This document shows positions 8,929 to 18,374 of a stretch of DNA of 64,000 bases, piece by piece. How positions within the stretch are numbered: the stretch's first letter is position 1; the number at the start of each line of letters is the position of its first letter. Position numbers and translations under genes: made by a program. The notes under the pieces were generated by a model. The model saw nothing but the letters and a program-made list of their open reading frames with translations. It did not search any database and was not told the origin of the DNA. The stretch is from Candidatus Latescibacterota bacterium (lineage in GTDB: Bacteria; Latescibacterota; UBA2968; GCA-2709665), in contig OZ244744.1 of NCBI GenBank assembly GCA_965219455.1, positions 448,001 to 512,000 on the forward strand, written 5' to 3'.

Positions 8929-9791
8929 GTGGCCAGAAAGAGCGGAATCTACCGCGATGAGGTGAAAGATTCATTGCATCGCTACCTGGAGGACGTTGCC
9001 ACGTCCGAGCCGTTGTCGGCCCAGGAGGAAGTCGTTCTCGCCCGCCGAATCAAGAAGGGTGACCTCAAAGCCCGCAAGAAGCTTGTCGAGGCCAATCTTC
9101 GATTTGTCATTACCGTGCCCGCGAATATCAGAACCAGGGCGTTCCGCTGGCAGATTTAATCAGCGCGGGCAACCTGGGGCTCATCACGGCCGCGGAGCGA
9201 TTCGACGAAACCAGGGGTTTCAAGTTTATTTCGTACGCGGTCTGGTGGATTCGCCAATCTATCCTGCAAACCCTGGCGGAACATTCCAGGGTTGTGCGTC
9301 TTCCGCTGAACCGGGTGGACCTTCTGCGCCGTATCTCCCGCTACGTGAACAACCGGCAGCAGGTGACGTCCGGGCGACCTCCGGAAGAAGAAATCGCGGA
9401 GGAGCTGGGCATCACGGTCGAACAGGTGGTCGATACCCTCGCCAGCGGACAGCGCATCCTCTCGCTCGACATGACCTTCGGCGAAGACGAAGAAAACAGC
9501 CTGCTCGAAATCATGACGGACGAAAACCAGGAATCGCCGGACCATCTTCTCATGCAAAATTCACTTGAAGATGAGATCTTCGCGGCGCTGGATACACTGG
9601 AAGCAAGGGAACGGGAAGTCATTCGCCTCTATTTTGGCCTGGACGGCGACGTCGAGATGACCCTGGAAGAAATCGGTATCCGGTTCAGACTCACCCGTGA
9701 ACGCGTCCGGCAGATCAAAGAAAAAGCGCTCCGGAAGCTCCGCCACCCCACGAGAGGGCGCAAACTCATGCCCTATTCCGACGGCGCCTGA
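8929..9791 (+). pseudogene. RpoD/RpoS-family sigma-70 factor with a 1-nt frameshift (pseudogene or sequencing error)
   Basis: First frame gives SLHRYL...LVEANLRFVITV; the continuation (REYQNQG..LADLISAGNLGL...FKFISYAVWWIRQ...TLEEIG...RERVRQI) is in another frame. One G is missing after 9117. Confidence 0.8.
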
Positions 9792-9815
9792 ACAGAGACC
9801 TTGCAACAACCGTGA

Positions 9816-9853
9816 AAATCGAGGCCGGACGACTGGAACGTCCGGCCTCGATT
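9816..9853. terminator. Hairpin between convergent genes (probable bidirectional terminator)
   Basis: AATCGAGGCCGGACG-N7-CGTCCGGCCTCGATT, perfect 15-bp stem. Confidence 0.65.
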
Positions 9854-10691
9854 AACACCCTTTCACAATATCACCCAGTTCTTCTGCCGTCGCCCACAGC
9901 AGCGGAATGAGCAAATCTTCTTTAACCGAGCCATCGTGCATTCCACGATTCCCACCTTCGTCCCTTACGCGACGAGGAGACTCATGCATTCCGTGATCCG
10001 CCAGGATTATCACCGCGTATCCGGATGTCGCAAGACAGGCCAGCAGGCCTTTCAGATGCCGATCCATCTCCATGGCGGCCTGCCGGACCTCCGGCGCGTA
10101 AGGACCATACTGGTGACCGGCTTCGTCAATGTCCAGCAAATGTACAAACGCGAACGCGGGCAAACTCTCAACGATAAAACCGGGAACCTGGCCGTAAATC
10201 TCCTTATCGTTCCGTTCCTCAGCCAGCACCGTTCGGTCGGCAAACCGCTCTATATCCAATCCTGCCACATCCCGTTTGTGCACCGCCATCAACGTCTGCC
10301 CGCCCGCGTCTCTCACCCGATTGAAAACGGTATCCATTTGGGAGGAACGGGTGGCCCGGATCATTGTCTGTAAATCCGTCACGCCGTGCGAGGACGGAGA
10401 CACACCGGTCAACATCGTCGAAATGCAAATATAGGTCATCGACGGCAGCACGGAATGGACCTCAAGATGCCGACGCGCCGCGATCCGGTTCAACATCGGC
10501 ACGGCATCGCGAACAAATGCCCACAATGACGAGCCGAAACCGTCCACCACCACCAATGCAAGCCGGTCTGCGGCCTGCAGGGTCTCGACGACCTCCGCAA
10601 TCGGCGGCGCCTCGGCGCCTTCAGGCGCCGGCACGTTGAGTACACGGGCAACGGTCGGAGCGATAGCCCGCAAGTCAATCATTGCAGCCAT
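9852..10691 (-). CDS. Alkaline phosphatase superfamily protein (nucleotide pyrophosphatase/phosphodiesterase-like)
   Basis: VVVDGFG, SVLPSMT..C..TMLTGV.P..HG, DEAGH.YG and ADHG motifs. Confidence 0.8.
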   Translation of the reverse strand: MAAMIDLRAIAPTVARVLNVPAPEGAEAPPIAEVVETLQAADRLALVVVDGFGSSLWAFVRDAVPMLNRIAARRHLEVHSVLPSMTYICISTMLTGVSPSSHGVTDLQTMIRATRSSQMDTVFNRVRDAGGQTLMAVHKRDVAGLDIERFADRTVLAEERNDKEIYGQVPGFIVESLPAFAFVHLLDIDEAGHQYGPYAPEVRQAAMEMDRHLKGLLACLATSGYAVIILADHGMHESPRRVRDEGGNRGMHDGSVKEDLLIPLLWATAEELGDIVKGC

Positions 10692-12060
10692 AACAAACCC
10701 TCATATCCAGAACCAGTTTTTTGAACCGGTCACCGCGCTCTTCGAAATTGCGAAAGCAATCATAGCTGGCCGATGCCGGAGAGAACAACACGGTATTGCC
10801 GGATTCTGCCCACCGCGCTGCGGCAGACACGGCGGCGTCCAGTGAATCCGCCGGTAAAATGCGTGTCGGGGATCCGGCCGGTACCGAAGCCGCTAACGCG
10901 TCCGCCGTCTGACCCGTCAGGATCAGATGCGACACCCTCCGCCCGATATGGCAACCCAGCGCGTCGTATGCCAAACCCTTGTCGTACCCCCCCGCGATTA
11001 ACACCACACCCGACGGAAGGGCCGCAAGCGCCACCTGCGTCCGGTCCGGACTTGTCGCGATCGAATCGTTATAGTACGTAACGCCTCCGATTTCGGCCAC
11101 CCGCTCCAACCTGTGGGGCACACCTTTGAACGTGCGGAGTACGGTTGCAATATCCGCTTCGTTCACGCCATTGGATAGTGCGGCCCCGCAGGCGGCCAGC
11201 GCGTTTGCCAGGTTATGCCGTCCTGGCAGAGCCACCGCGTTGACCGGACAAACGGTTTTTTCGGAATGCCCGACCCGGTGGCGTATTTTTCTATCGCCCA
11301 GGTAGACGTCGCAACCCGACGTCCGTTTCGTGCTGAACACGATGCGGCGCCCGTCACCGGACCACTGCCGGATTTCAGGGTCGTCTCCATTCAACACCAT
11401 CACGTCATGCACACCCTGATGGGCAATTATCTGCCGTTTCGCTCGTTTATAGGCCTGCAATGAACCGTGCATATCCAGGTGATTGGGGGCAAAATTCGTG
11501 ATTACGGCAGTCTGCGGACTCCATTCCATTTCGGTCAGCCGGTCGAGCTGAAAGCTGGACAGTTCGAGTACGACGTGCGTGTCCAACGAGATTTCCTCCA
11601 ACCGATCCAGCAGAGACCCCCCGATATTTCCGCCCACCATCGTCCGTGGCGCCTTACGCCGCATCATCCTCCCGACCAAAGACGTCGTCGTTGTCTTTCC
11701 GCTGCTGCCAGTAACCCCTACGACCGGCGCCCTGCATCGCTCTACAAACAGGCATATTTCCGTTGTTACGGGGACTCCCCTTTTCTCGGCTATCCTCAAG
11801 AACCGGGATGACCTCGGCACGCCGGGATTGGCCACGACAAGATCCGTCCCCCGGAAATCCGACGCCTCATGTCCGCCCAGCCGGTAGACAACGGGCAACG
11901 GCTCCAGTGCCCGCAGCGACTCCCGCAGCGCCTCGGCCGGTCGCAGATCGGTAACGGTCACCCGCGCTCCCTCCCTGCACAGAAACCGCACCGCGCCCAC
12001 GCCGCCGCCGAAAAGGCCCAGGCCCATGACGAGCACGCGCCGCCCTTCCAGCGACATCAC
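10675..12060 (-). CDS. murD: UDP-N-acetylmuramoyl-L-alanine--D-glutamate ligase
   Basis: GVTGSSGKTTT, GGNIG, ELSSFQL, NHLD.H, HRLE, NDSIAT and SPASASYD.F.NFEERG motifs. Confidence 0.95.
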   Translation of the reverse strand: MMSLEGRRVLVMGLGLFGGGVGAVRFLCREGARVTVTDLRPAEALRESLRALEPLPVVYRLGGHEASDFRGTDLVVANPGVPRSSRFLRIAEKRGVPVTTEICLFVERCRAPVVGVTGSSGKTTTTSLVGRMMRRKAPRTMVGGNIGGSLLDRLEEISLDTHVVLELSSFQLDRLTEMEWSPQTAVITNFAPNHLDMHGSLQAYKRAKRQIIAHQGVHDVMVLNGDDPEIRQWSGDGRRIVFSTKRTSGCDVYLGDRKIRHRVGHSEKTVCPVNAVALPGRHNLANALAACGAALSNGVNEADIATVLRTFKGVPHRLERVAEIGGVTYYNDSIATSPDRTQVALAALPSGVVLIAGGYDKGLAYDALGCHIGRRVSHLILTGQTADALAASVPAGSPTRILPADSLDAAVSAAARWAESGNTVLFSPASASYDCFRNFEERGDRFKKLVLDMRVCYGCND

Positions 12061-12686
12061 GGCTCACGCCCTTCCAACTTCGAAATCCTGCCACGCAACT
12101 CGAGCAGATCGAGGATTTGCTGCGCCGCCTCCTGGGGCGAACATTCGGCAGCCTTTATCACGAGTTCCGGATTCTCAGGCACCTCGTAAGGATCCGAGAC
12201 CCCTGTAAAATCCGGTATCTCACCCGCCCGCGCCTTTTTGTAAAGCCCCTTGGGATCCCTTTCTTCACAGATCTCCAGGGGGGTATCGACGAAAACCTCC
12301 AGAAAATCGCCCTGGTCCAGCATTCCACGAACCCCGTCCCTGTCGGCTTTGTACGGACTCACGAAGCTGCTTATCGCAAGGATCCCGGCATCCACAAACA
12401 GCTTTCCCACCTCGCCGATACGGCGTATATTCTCAGCCCTGTCCTCGGCCGAAAAACCCAGGTTCCTGTTCAGCCCGTGCCGGATATTGTCTCCGTCCAG
12501 TACATAGGCCAGTTGTCCCCGAGCGACGAGCGCGTGCTCTACGGTAAACGCTATGGTACTTTTCCCCGAGGAAGGCAGTCCGGTTAACCACACCAGACAC
12601 CCCGGCTGCGCCAACAGCCTCTCCCGCTCCGCCCGACTGACATGGCCTTCGTGCCACACAATATTGGTTGCTTTCGCTGCCGTCAA
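12057..12686 (-). CDS. cysC: Adenylyl-sulfate kinase
   Basis: NIVWH, WLTGLPSSGKSTIA, LDGDNIRHGLN.NLGFS, RDPKGLY and FTG.SDPYE. TTG start at 12686 has an AAGGAGG ribosome-binding site. Confidence 0.95.
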   Translation of the reverse strand: MTAAKATNIVWHEGHVSRAERERLLAQPGCLVWLTGLPSSGKSTIAFTVEHALVARGQLAYVLDGDNIRHGLNRNLGFSAEDRAENIRRIGEVGKLFVDAGILAISSFVSPYKADRDGVRGMLDQGDFLEVFVDTPLEICEERDPKGLYKKARAGEIPDFTGVSDPYEVPENPELVIKAAECSPQEAAQQILDLLELRGRISKLEGREP

Positions 12687-12846
12687 GAACAGCCTCCTTG
12701 TATTGGAAACGTATACTTCGACTTGCCAGCCTTGCGGGAATCCGATCCATTCAGCCGGGGCATAGGCCCGAACGGGCAGCCTTCCGCGGCCCATTCGAAA
12801 TACGCTCGTTCGCCGTCGAATCTCCGCATCCAAACCGCACCAATTG

Positions 12847-13755
12847 TCAATCTGAAATTGACGCGCTGTATACGGGAATCCGGTCGACGGGCCGGAATTT
12901 TCGCTTATGTTGCCGCAATCCTGGCAGCCCCAGATCTCCGGCATCATTGACAAGATCGTAATCCATCAGGGCCCGGTAGACCTCCGTTCTCAAATATTCC
13001 GACAATCCCCGCACGTCGGGATCCGTTTTTGCGATAAAAAAATTGGCCAGCCCCGCGTGCATCCGGCCCGCGATCGCGAAGGCCGCGATCCGGCCCTCCA
13101 CCTCCACGCACCAGCCCTGAAGTTCTTCGGATCTCCAGTGTCCATACATCGATAACGCCGACCGTGTATATCCCCAGTCAAGCAGGAAATCCCTCTTGCG
13201 CCCCTGCCGTTTCCGCCAATATTGTAAAAGCGCCTGGCAGGCTGGCACGTCCGCGGGCGTCATTTCCCGAAAATTCGGATCCGCCTCCCTTCGGAAGCGC
13301 CTCAGTCTCTTGCGCAGATCCCGGTACGGCCGTCCCACGGCCGCCACGACCTTAGACGGATTGTACAGATATTCACGCGACTTGATCCGAACATCAAGTC
13401 GATCCCGCGGCAGGCGCAGCCTGTCCGCCTCATCCAGCCACAAAATGCGTGGATATCGACCTTCGTTGATCGCACGCATCCGGTCCAACATGGAAACGAG
13501 GGGGTCAGCCGACAGCGGAATCGGAGGTACGACAAGATCGAACCAAACGCGGCCATTTCTGGTCGCGCGACGCACGGGAAGCCAAAGCGCGCCCTCGTGC
13601 TCGGCCACGAACACTTCCCGTGCCGGAGGCAGGCTGAAACAACAAAGGAAGGGGGCGTAATAACACCACGCGCTCTTCAACGCAGACGCGAATATCCCCT
13701 GCAATCGGCCAGTATGCACGGGGTGAATGGGTTCGGCTTCAAACGGCAGATTCAT
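12847..13755 (-). CDS. DUF2156 / aminoacyl-phosphatidylglycerol synthase C-terminal-like transferase
   Basis: EYLY......G..Y...RK....F, AKTD...RGL and VNDAGDLGLPGLRQHK.KFRP C-terminal signature. Confidence 0.7.
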   Translation of the reverse strand: MNLPFEAEPIHPVHTGRLQGIFASALKSAWCYYAPFLCCFSLPPAREVFVAEHEGALWLPVRRATRNGRVWFDLVVPPIPLSADPLVSMLDRMRAINEGRYPRILWLDEADRLRLPRDRLDVRIKSREYLYNPSKVVAAVGRPYRDLRKRLRRFRREADPNFREMTPADVPACQALLQYWRKRQGRKRDFLLDWGYTRSALSMYGHWRSEELQGWCVEVEGRIAAFAIAGRMHAGLANFFIAKTDPDVRGLSEYLRTEVYRALMDYDLVNDAGDLGLPGLRQHKRKFRPVDRIPVYSASISD

Positions 13756-14810
13756 CCCGTCTTCCGTGTCCGGTCGGCCGTGTAAAGCGATCCCTTATAG
13801 AAACCACGGACCAGGGGTGTCAACCGGTCCGTCGCAACCGTGCGAATCACCTGACTGACACCGGCCAGCATTTGGGCGCCGTCGTACCGATTGAAATCCG
13901 GAACGATCTCGACCGGCGCCAGACCGGTTTCCGTGATTGTCCTCACGGCGGCTAACGTCTCCTCGGGCCTGCGGTTGCCGAAGCAGATATATCCCTGCTT
14001 GCCCACCTCCGGCCGAAGCCCGGCTGCACCACGGGAAACGAACAGAGACAGCCCCGCAAGCGTATAGGGTGGATCGGTGAAAAACAGATCGAAATCTGCG
14101 GACATATCGCCTGGCAGATCCGACCTCAAGTCGTGTTCGACGGCCTCGACGGCCTGTCCCGTTTCATGCGACGCGGCGTTCAGATAGGCCACCAGCCGCG
14201 GATCGCATTCCAACACCACCACACGACGCACTGAAATTCCCAGGAAGTCCGCGAGAAGGCCGATCGCCAGAGAGGTGAGGTCGTCGTCTCCCAGAATCAG
14301 GATGTCCCGCCCTTCAAAACCGTCGTTTTCATACAGATACATGGCGCGCCGCAACGCGGTTTCCGCAGTCGCATGGGATTGATCCAGCCGCACGTCAACA
14401 GCCGGCCTCTGTTCCCCGAATGCCTCCATCCGTGCATGCAACGAACGCATCTCGTCGTCCAGCACGGGAAAATCCGGCCTCTGAAACCGCCGCCTACAAC
14501 CCAGACCCAGCTGTTTTTCAACCGCATTCCGACCGGCGGAAGACAGAATGACACCCCCACGTCTCTCCACCCAACCCCTTGATTCCAACTCGCCTCGTAC
14601 CGCCGCCACCACCGGAACCGGCAAACCCGTCTCCCGAGCCAGGTCGCGAACCGGCAGCGTCCCCGCCCGATAAATGGCCCTCAATATACAGCGAACGCCT
14701 TCCGGGCCCTCCGCCAGGCGCGCATCGGCCGCCACATCCGCAAGTACATTTCCCGAATGCCGGTTTTCAGTCCTGTTCGGCTTCCGTGTCCGTTGCCTCA
14801 CCGTCTCCAT
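13752..14810 (-). CDS. Branched-chain polyamine synthase (BpsA, bis-aminopropyl spermidine synthase) family; start uncertain
   Basis: N-terminal winged-helix-like segment, RP.....DQ, ILILGDDDLTSLA, HDLR, FD.FFTDPPYT..G..LFVSRG and FN.Y motifs. Confidence 0.8.
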   Translation of the reverse strand: METVRQRTRKPNRTENRHSGNVLADVAADARLAEGPEGVRCILRAIYRAGTLPVRDLARETGLPVPVVAAVRGELESRGWVERRGGVILSSAGRNAVEKQLGLGCRRRFQRPDFPVLDDEMRSLHARMEAFGEQRPAVDVRLDQSHATAETALRRAMYLYENDGFEGRDILILGDDDLTSLAIGLLADFLGISVRRVVVLECDPRLVAYLNAASHETGQAVEAVEHDLRSDLPGDMSADFDLFFTDPPYTLAGLSLFVSRGAAGLRPEVGKQGYICFGNRRPEETLAAVRTITETGLAPVEIVPDFNRYDGAQMLAGVSQVIRTVATDRLTPLVRGFYKGSLYTADRTRKTG

Positions 14811-15960
14811 TCTCCGATACCACGGACGTGTCCTCACCCGTCTCCCCGCCGCCGTTGTCCGACACTTCCTCGTCCGCAGGCTGGTCCTCCTCTTCCTCCG
14901 CCCCGTCGTCCTCCCACTCGAGCAGATTCTCATCGTCCTTGCGTTTCCGAAGAATCACGTAAATCAGGCTGATACCCGAAGCATAGGCGGACAACACGTA
15001 TGAACTGAAGATAACCGTGAGTAGAATCAACATCACGCCCAGAATTCCGCCTGCCAGCAGTTCGGATCCGGAAGGGGTACCTGCCGGCGGCAGAAACGCC
15101 GTAATGTCCAGGGACAACCAATCGCAACGGGTGAAGTCAAACGGAACATACCGGCCCGCGACGTAGACCATATTGGCCAGTTTTTCTTTCATAAACAGGC
15201 CGCAGGCCCAGCTGACCAACCCCATTGCGGAGGCCATAAAGGTTCCCAGCAAAACCGAGCCTATAAGGACAGAAATCTTCATCCAGAGCAAATACAATAC
15301 CAGCCGCCATGGCTGGCTCCAGGCCAACGAAAAGGACTGGATGGCCACCTCGAGCGCGTCTTCGCCCACCGTCCCCACGACCGCCGGAGACATCGTTATG
15401 GAAACGACAAACGCGATCGATATAAAAATAGCAACCAGCGCAGCAAAAAGGATCGGAATGAAGAAAATCCCGAATACCACTTCTCCCGCCCAGGGGATCA
15501 TCCCGGCCAGCCACCCGATCACGATGCCCGCGACGACAAAGAAGATCAACAGTGCCAGCGTGGCCACCGGCCCCCAGACAACGCCGCCCCAGTTCTGTCT
15601 GATAAATCCCCATGCGTCGCCCGAGGAATAAAAATCGTCTCCCTTAAGTTGCTGGTAGGTAATTTTGCAGATCATGCACACCGTCAAAAAAACCACAACC
15701 CATACATATAGCATTGCAACCACGTCGATCGCCGTGCCCGCCAGTGTGGCAGGAAATGGTGCAGGCCCGGGGAAAAGCCCGTACCGTTGCCAGATCTGTC
15801 CGAGCGTGGCCCCTGCCAGAAGCTGGTCGACAATGCCCAGGATGGAATATCCGGCATAGGCGATCAGCGTGCCGCACAAGCCCACCCAGATCTTTTTGCC
15901 GGACCATCCGAGCCGAACCGCTCGAAAGATATCCCGAATGTCAAAATGCAACTTGAACAT
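14767..15960 (-). CDS. Polytopic membrane protein with acidic C-terminal tail
   Basis: About 7 hydrophobic segments and an E/D-rich tail; GGAGAGG ribosome-binding site. Confidence 0.75.
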   Translation of the reverse strand: MFKLHFDIRDIFRAVRLGWSGKKIWVGLCGTLIAYAGYSILGIVDQLLAGATLGQIWQRYGLFPGPAPFPATLAGTAIDVVAMLYVWVVVFLTVCMICKITYQQLKGDDFYSSGDAWGFIRQNWGGVVWGPVATLALLIFFVVAGIVIGWLAGMIPWAGEVVFGIFFIPILFAALVAIFISIAFVVSITMSPAVVGTVGEDALEVAIQSFSLAWSQPWRLVLYLLWMKISVLIGSVLLGTFMASAMGLVSWACGLFMKEKLANMVYVAGRYVPFDFTRCDWLSLDITAFLPPAGTPSGSELLAGGILGVMLILLTVIFSSYVLSAYASGISLIYVILRKRKDDENLLEWEDDGAEEEEDQPADEEVSDNGGGETGEDTSVVSENGDGEATDTEAEQD

Positions 15961-16126
15961 GGCAACCTCTCCTTCCGGTTCGAAGCCAAGAAAAAAAGGG
16001 CATGCCGCCCTCGAAGCATGCCGAAAGTACCAAAGTCACTTAAATTCAGAACCTTACACGCGCAGATGCAGACACGTAAACCACGAGAATATGATGCAAC
16101 AATGCCGGATCAAAGTCAAGCGAAAT

Positions 16127-16172
16127 AAAAAAGGATCTAAAGGTGAAGCCGAGGGTTCATTCCCTAGATCCC
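16127..16172 (-). terminator. Rho-independent terminator-like hairpin
   Basis: Minus strand GGATCTAGGG...CTTTAGATCC followed by T6. Confidence 0.55.
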
Positions 16173-16276
16173 GTGCCAGTCGTTGCTATGCAAAAAGCTT
16201 CCTGAAAATTCGGTTATCTCTCTCCTGAAAAGGGGTTCGGCGATCCATGAACCGAACGTGGACCGTTGCCGGCATC

Positions 16277-16852
16277 TCACCTTTCGTCAGATGGTTCGGG
16301 AATCGTCAGCCGGATCTGATGAAGAAAACGCTGGAGCGGCACATTGAAAGGTCGAGAGGATCGGTTGAGCGCCGGCTTGAACAGCGGCCCGGCCGGAAGG
16401 GGCGTCGTGCCAGGCTGCATCCTGACCTGGGCGGGGCCCTCCTGCGCTTCCGGTACGCGATAACAACCCTGTCCAAGTCCGAGGGGCCACGGCGATCCGT
16501 GCAGATCCGGTCCGGTAAGAAAAAGAACAACCTCTTCATCGACGCCGAACTCGGGAATGCCCGGAATATAGAGCCGGTGGCCGTCGGCGGTTCCGCCTGG
16601 CAACGTGAGGACGATCTCGTCTCCCGGATTGCCCTTGACCGGAGTCATTACCCTGAACCGGTGCTGTGTTACAATCTCTCCACGGCCATCATCCATATAA
16701 CTTCTGCGAGACACACACTGAACATGGGCGATCGTCTCCGCTTTTTCACACAGCGAATCGAACGCGAACCGTACCACGGTTGTTGCCTCAGGCTGCGGCA
16801 CCCAGACGGCCAGAATAACAATGGACAAAGCAGATCGCATCAGACCTGACAT
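16277..16852 (-). CDS. Secreted hypothetical protein
   Basis: Signal peptide ending PEA-TT; ATT...L...A..I, PGG.......PG.P.F...EEVVLFL and GLGQG pattern. Confidence 0.7.
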   Translation of the reverse strand: MSGLMRSALSIVILAVWVPQPEATTVVRFAFDSLCEKAETIAHVQCVSRRSYMDDGRGEIVTQHRFRVMTPVKGNPGDEIVLTLPGGTADGHRLYIPGIPEFGVDEEVVLFLTGPDLHGSPWPLGLGQGCYRVPEAQEGPAQVRMQPGTTPLPAGPLFKPALNRSSRPFNVPLQRFLHQIRLTIPEPSDER

Positions 16853-17001
16853 CGGACACCCGTTGAAAGTATAGGTGAATTGGGTAAGCAGAGCGGGCTT
16901 CTCTATCTGGAAACGCCCCTATCCGGTCATGGTTCCAAAGACGACACACGCCGATAATCCGGTGCGCCGTCACACCGGGGGAGATTCCGGTTGCGGCTGT
17001 G

Positions 17002-18369
17002 CTAACCCGGTCGTTCCGCAGGGGACCCATTTTCGGCCGGGCTTCCGCACCGGGACTTCGCGCCCCTCTCAAACAGACCCCGAGCGAGCAGCAACGCGCT
17101 TTCCCGATCCTTTACGCGGCCTTCAAGCTGGCCGTCCTCCACCGCCCTCAGCGCGGTCTTGAAGGCCGGCCCGGGCGGATATCCGAGCTTGATAAGATCC
17201 CGGCCGTTAATCAACGGCTCCGGTCGTATCTCCTCGGGCTCCAAAGCTTCCAGGGCCTGCCGGCAGAACCTGTAATTCTCCAGATTCCGGTGACTGGATA
17301 GGCAGTCGACCCGATGCAGTTCCAGGTGTTCGTCAAATCGCTCCAAGCGCAAAAACCGCTTCAACTTGCTTTTGCGCATCTGCCGTACGTGCATGAAGCG
17401 GTGATGGTCCGCCACAAGTCGAACGATGTGACCGGTGGCCTCCCTGGAAAACCGCAGCCTGCGGCATATCTCGTCGGTCATCCCGGCTCCCACGCGGTCG
17501 TGATTGTCAAATCGAATACGATCCGCTGACACAAACGTGCGCGGCTTTCCCACATCGTGCAACAGCACCGCCATAGCCAATTCCGGAGACGGATTGCGCA
17601 TCAGCCCCAGCATGATCAACGTGTGGGTCAACACGTCGCCTTCCGGATGAAACTCCGGCGGTTGAGGGACCCCATCGAGGGCCAGAACCTCCGGCACGAC
17701 CTCGGTCATCAGCCCGGAATCGATGAGCCACCTCACCCCGAGAGACCCGCCCCCTTCAGTCAGAATCCGGACAAATTCGTCCCGGATGCGTTCTTTGCTG
17801 ACCTCCGCGAGATTTCCACTGAAACGCCGGATTGCCGCGAAAGTCGCGCCATCGATCCGCCAGTGGAAGCGGCAGCCCAACCGCAACGCCCTCATCATTC
17901 GCAGCCGGTCTTCCGCAAACCGCTCTTCGGCGGGACCAATGGTTCGGATCACCTTCTCCTTCAAATCCGCCTGTCCGCCCACGTAATCCAGCACCCGATC
18001 CGCCAGTGGGTCCCAGAACATCCCGTTCACGGTGAAATCACGACGCCGGGCATCCTCGGTTTCGTCTGCGAATACGACCGCGTCGGGATGCCGCCCGTCG
18101 CTGTAGCCCAGATCACGCCGAAAACGGGCAACCTCGAAGACGTGCCCCGCCAGCCGCACTTCCACCACACCAAAGTGCGCGCCTACAGACTGGGCACGTT
18201 GAAAAATGCCGATCACCTGTTGGGGATCGGCATCGGTTGCAACATCGTAGTCCCGGGGTTCCACCCCCAGCAGGAGATCCCTCACGCACCCTCCGGCCAG
18301 CAACGCCCGGAACCCGCGCGCGTGGAGACGTCGTACCACTTCAATTGCCGTGTCGTGAGCAGATGCCAT
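17002..18369 (-). CDS. cca: CCA tRNA nucleotidyltransferase (class II, with HD domain)
   Basis: AGGCVRDLLLG..P.DYDVAT, RRDFTVN, EDRLRMMRA.R, HPEGDV..HT and LHDVGK motifs. Confidence 0.9.
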   Translation of the reverse strand: MASAHDTAIEVVRRLHARGFRALLAGGCVRDLLLGVEPRDYDVATDADPQQVIGIFQRAQSVGAHFGVVEVRLAGHVFEVARFRRDLGYSDGRHPDAVVFADETEDARRRDFTVNGMFWDPLADRVLDYVGGQADLKEKVIRTIGPAEERFAEDRLRMMRALRLGCRFHWRIDGATFAAIRRFSGNLAEVSKERIRDEFVRILTEGGGSLGVRWLIDSGLMTEVVPEVLALDGVPQPPEFHPEGDVLTHTLIMLGLMRNPSPELAMAVLLHDVGKPRTFVSADRIRFDNHDRVGAGMTDEICRRLRFSREATGHIVRLVADHHRFMHVRQMRKSKLKRFLRLERFDEHLELHRVDCLSSHRNLENYRFCRQALEALEPEEIRPEPLINGRDLIKLGYPPGPAFKTALRAVEDGQLEGRVKDRESALLLARGLFERGAKSRCGSPAENGSPAERPG

Positions 18370-18374
18370 TGCGT

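Noticed and set aside
16195-16250. Glycine or ZTP riboswitch (GGAGAG, CCGAA, TCAGG and GACTGGC fragments)
   Set aside because: Order and spacing do not fit; the P3 region and the ZTP 3' hairpin are missing.
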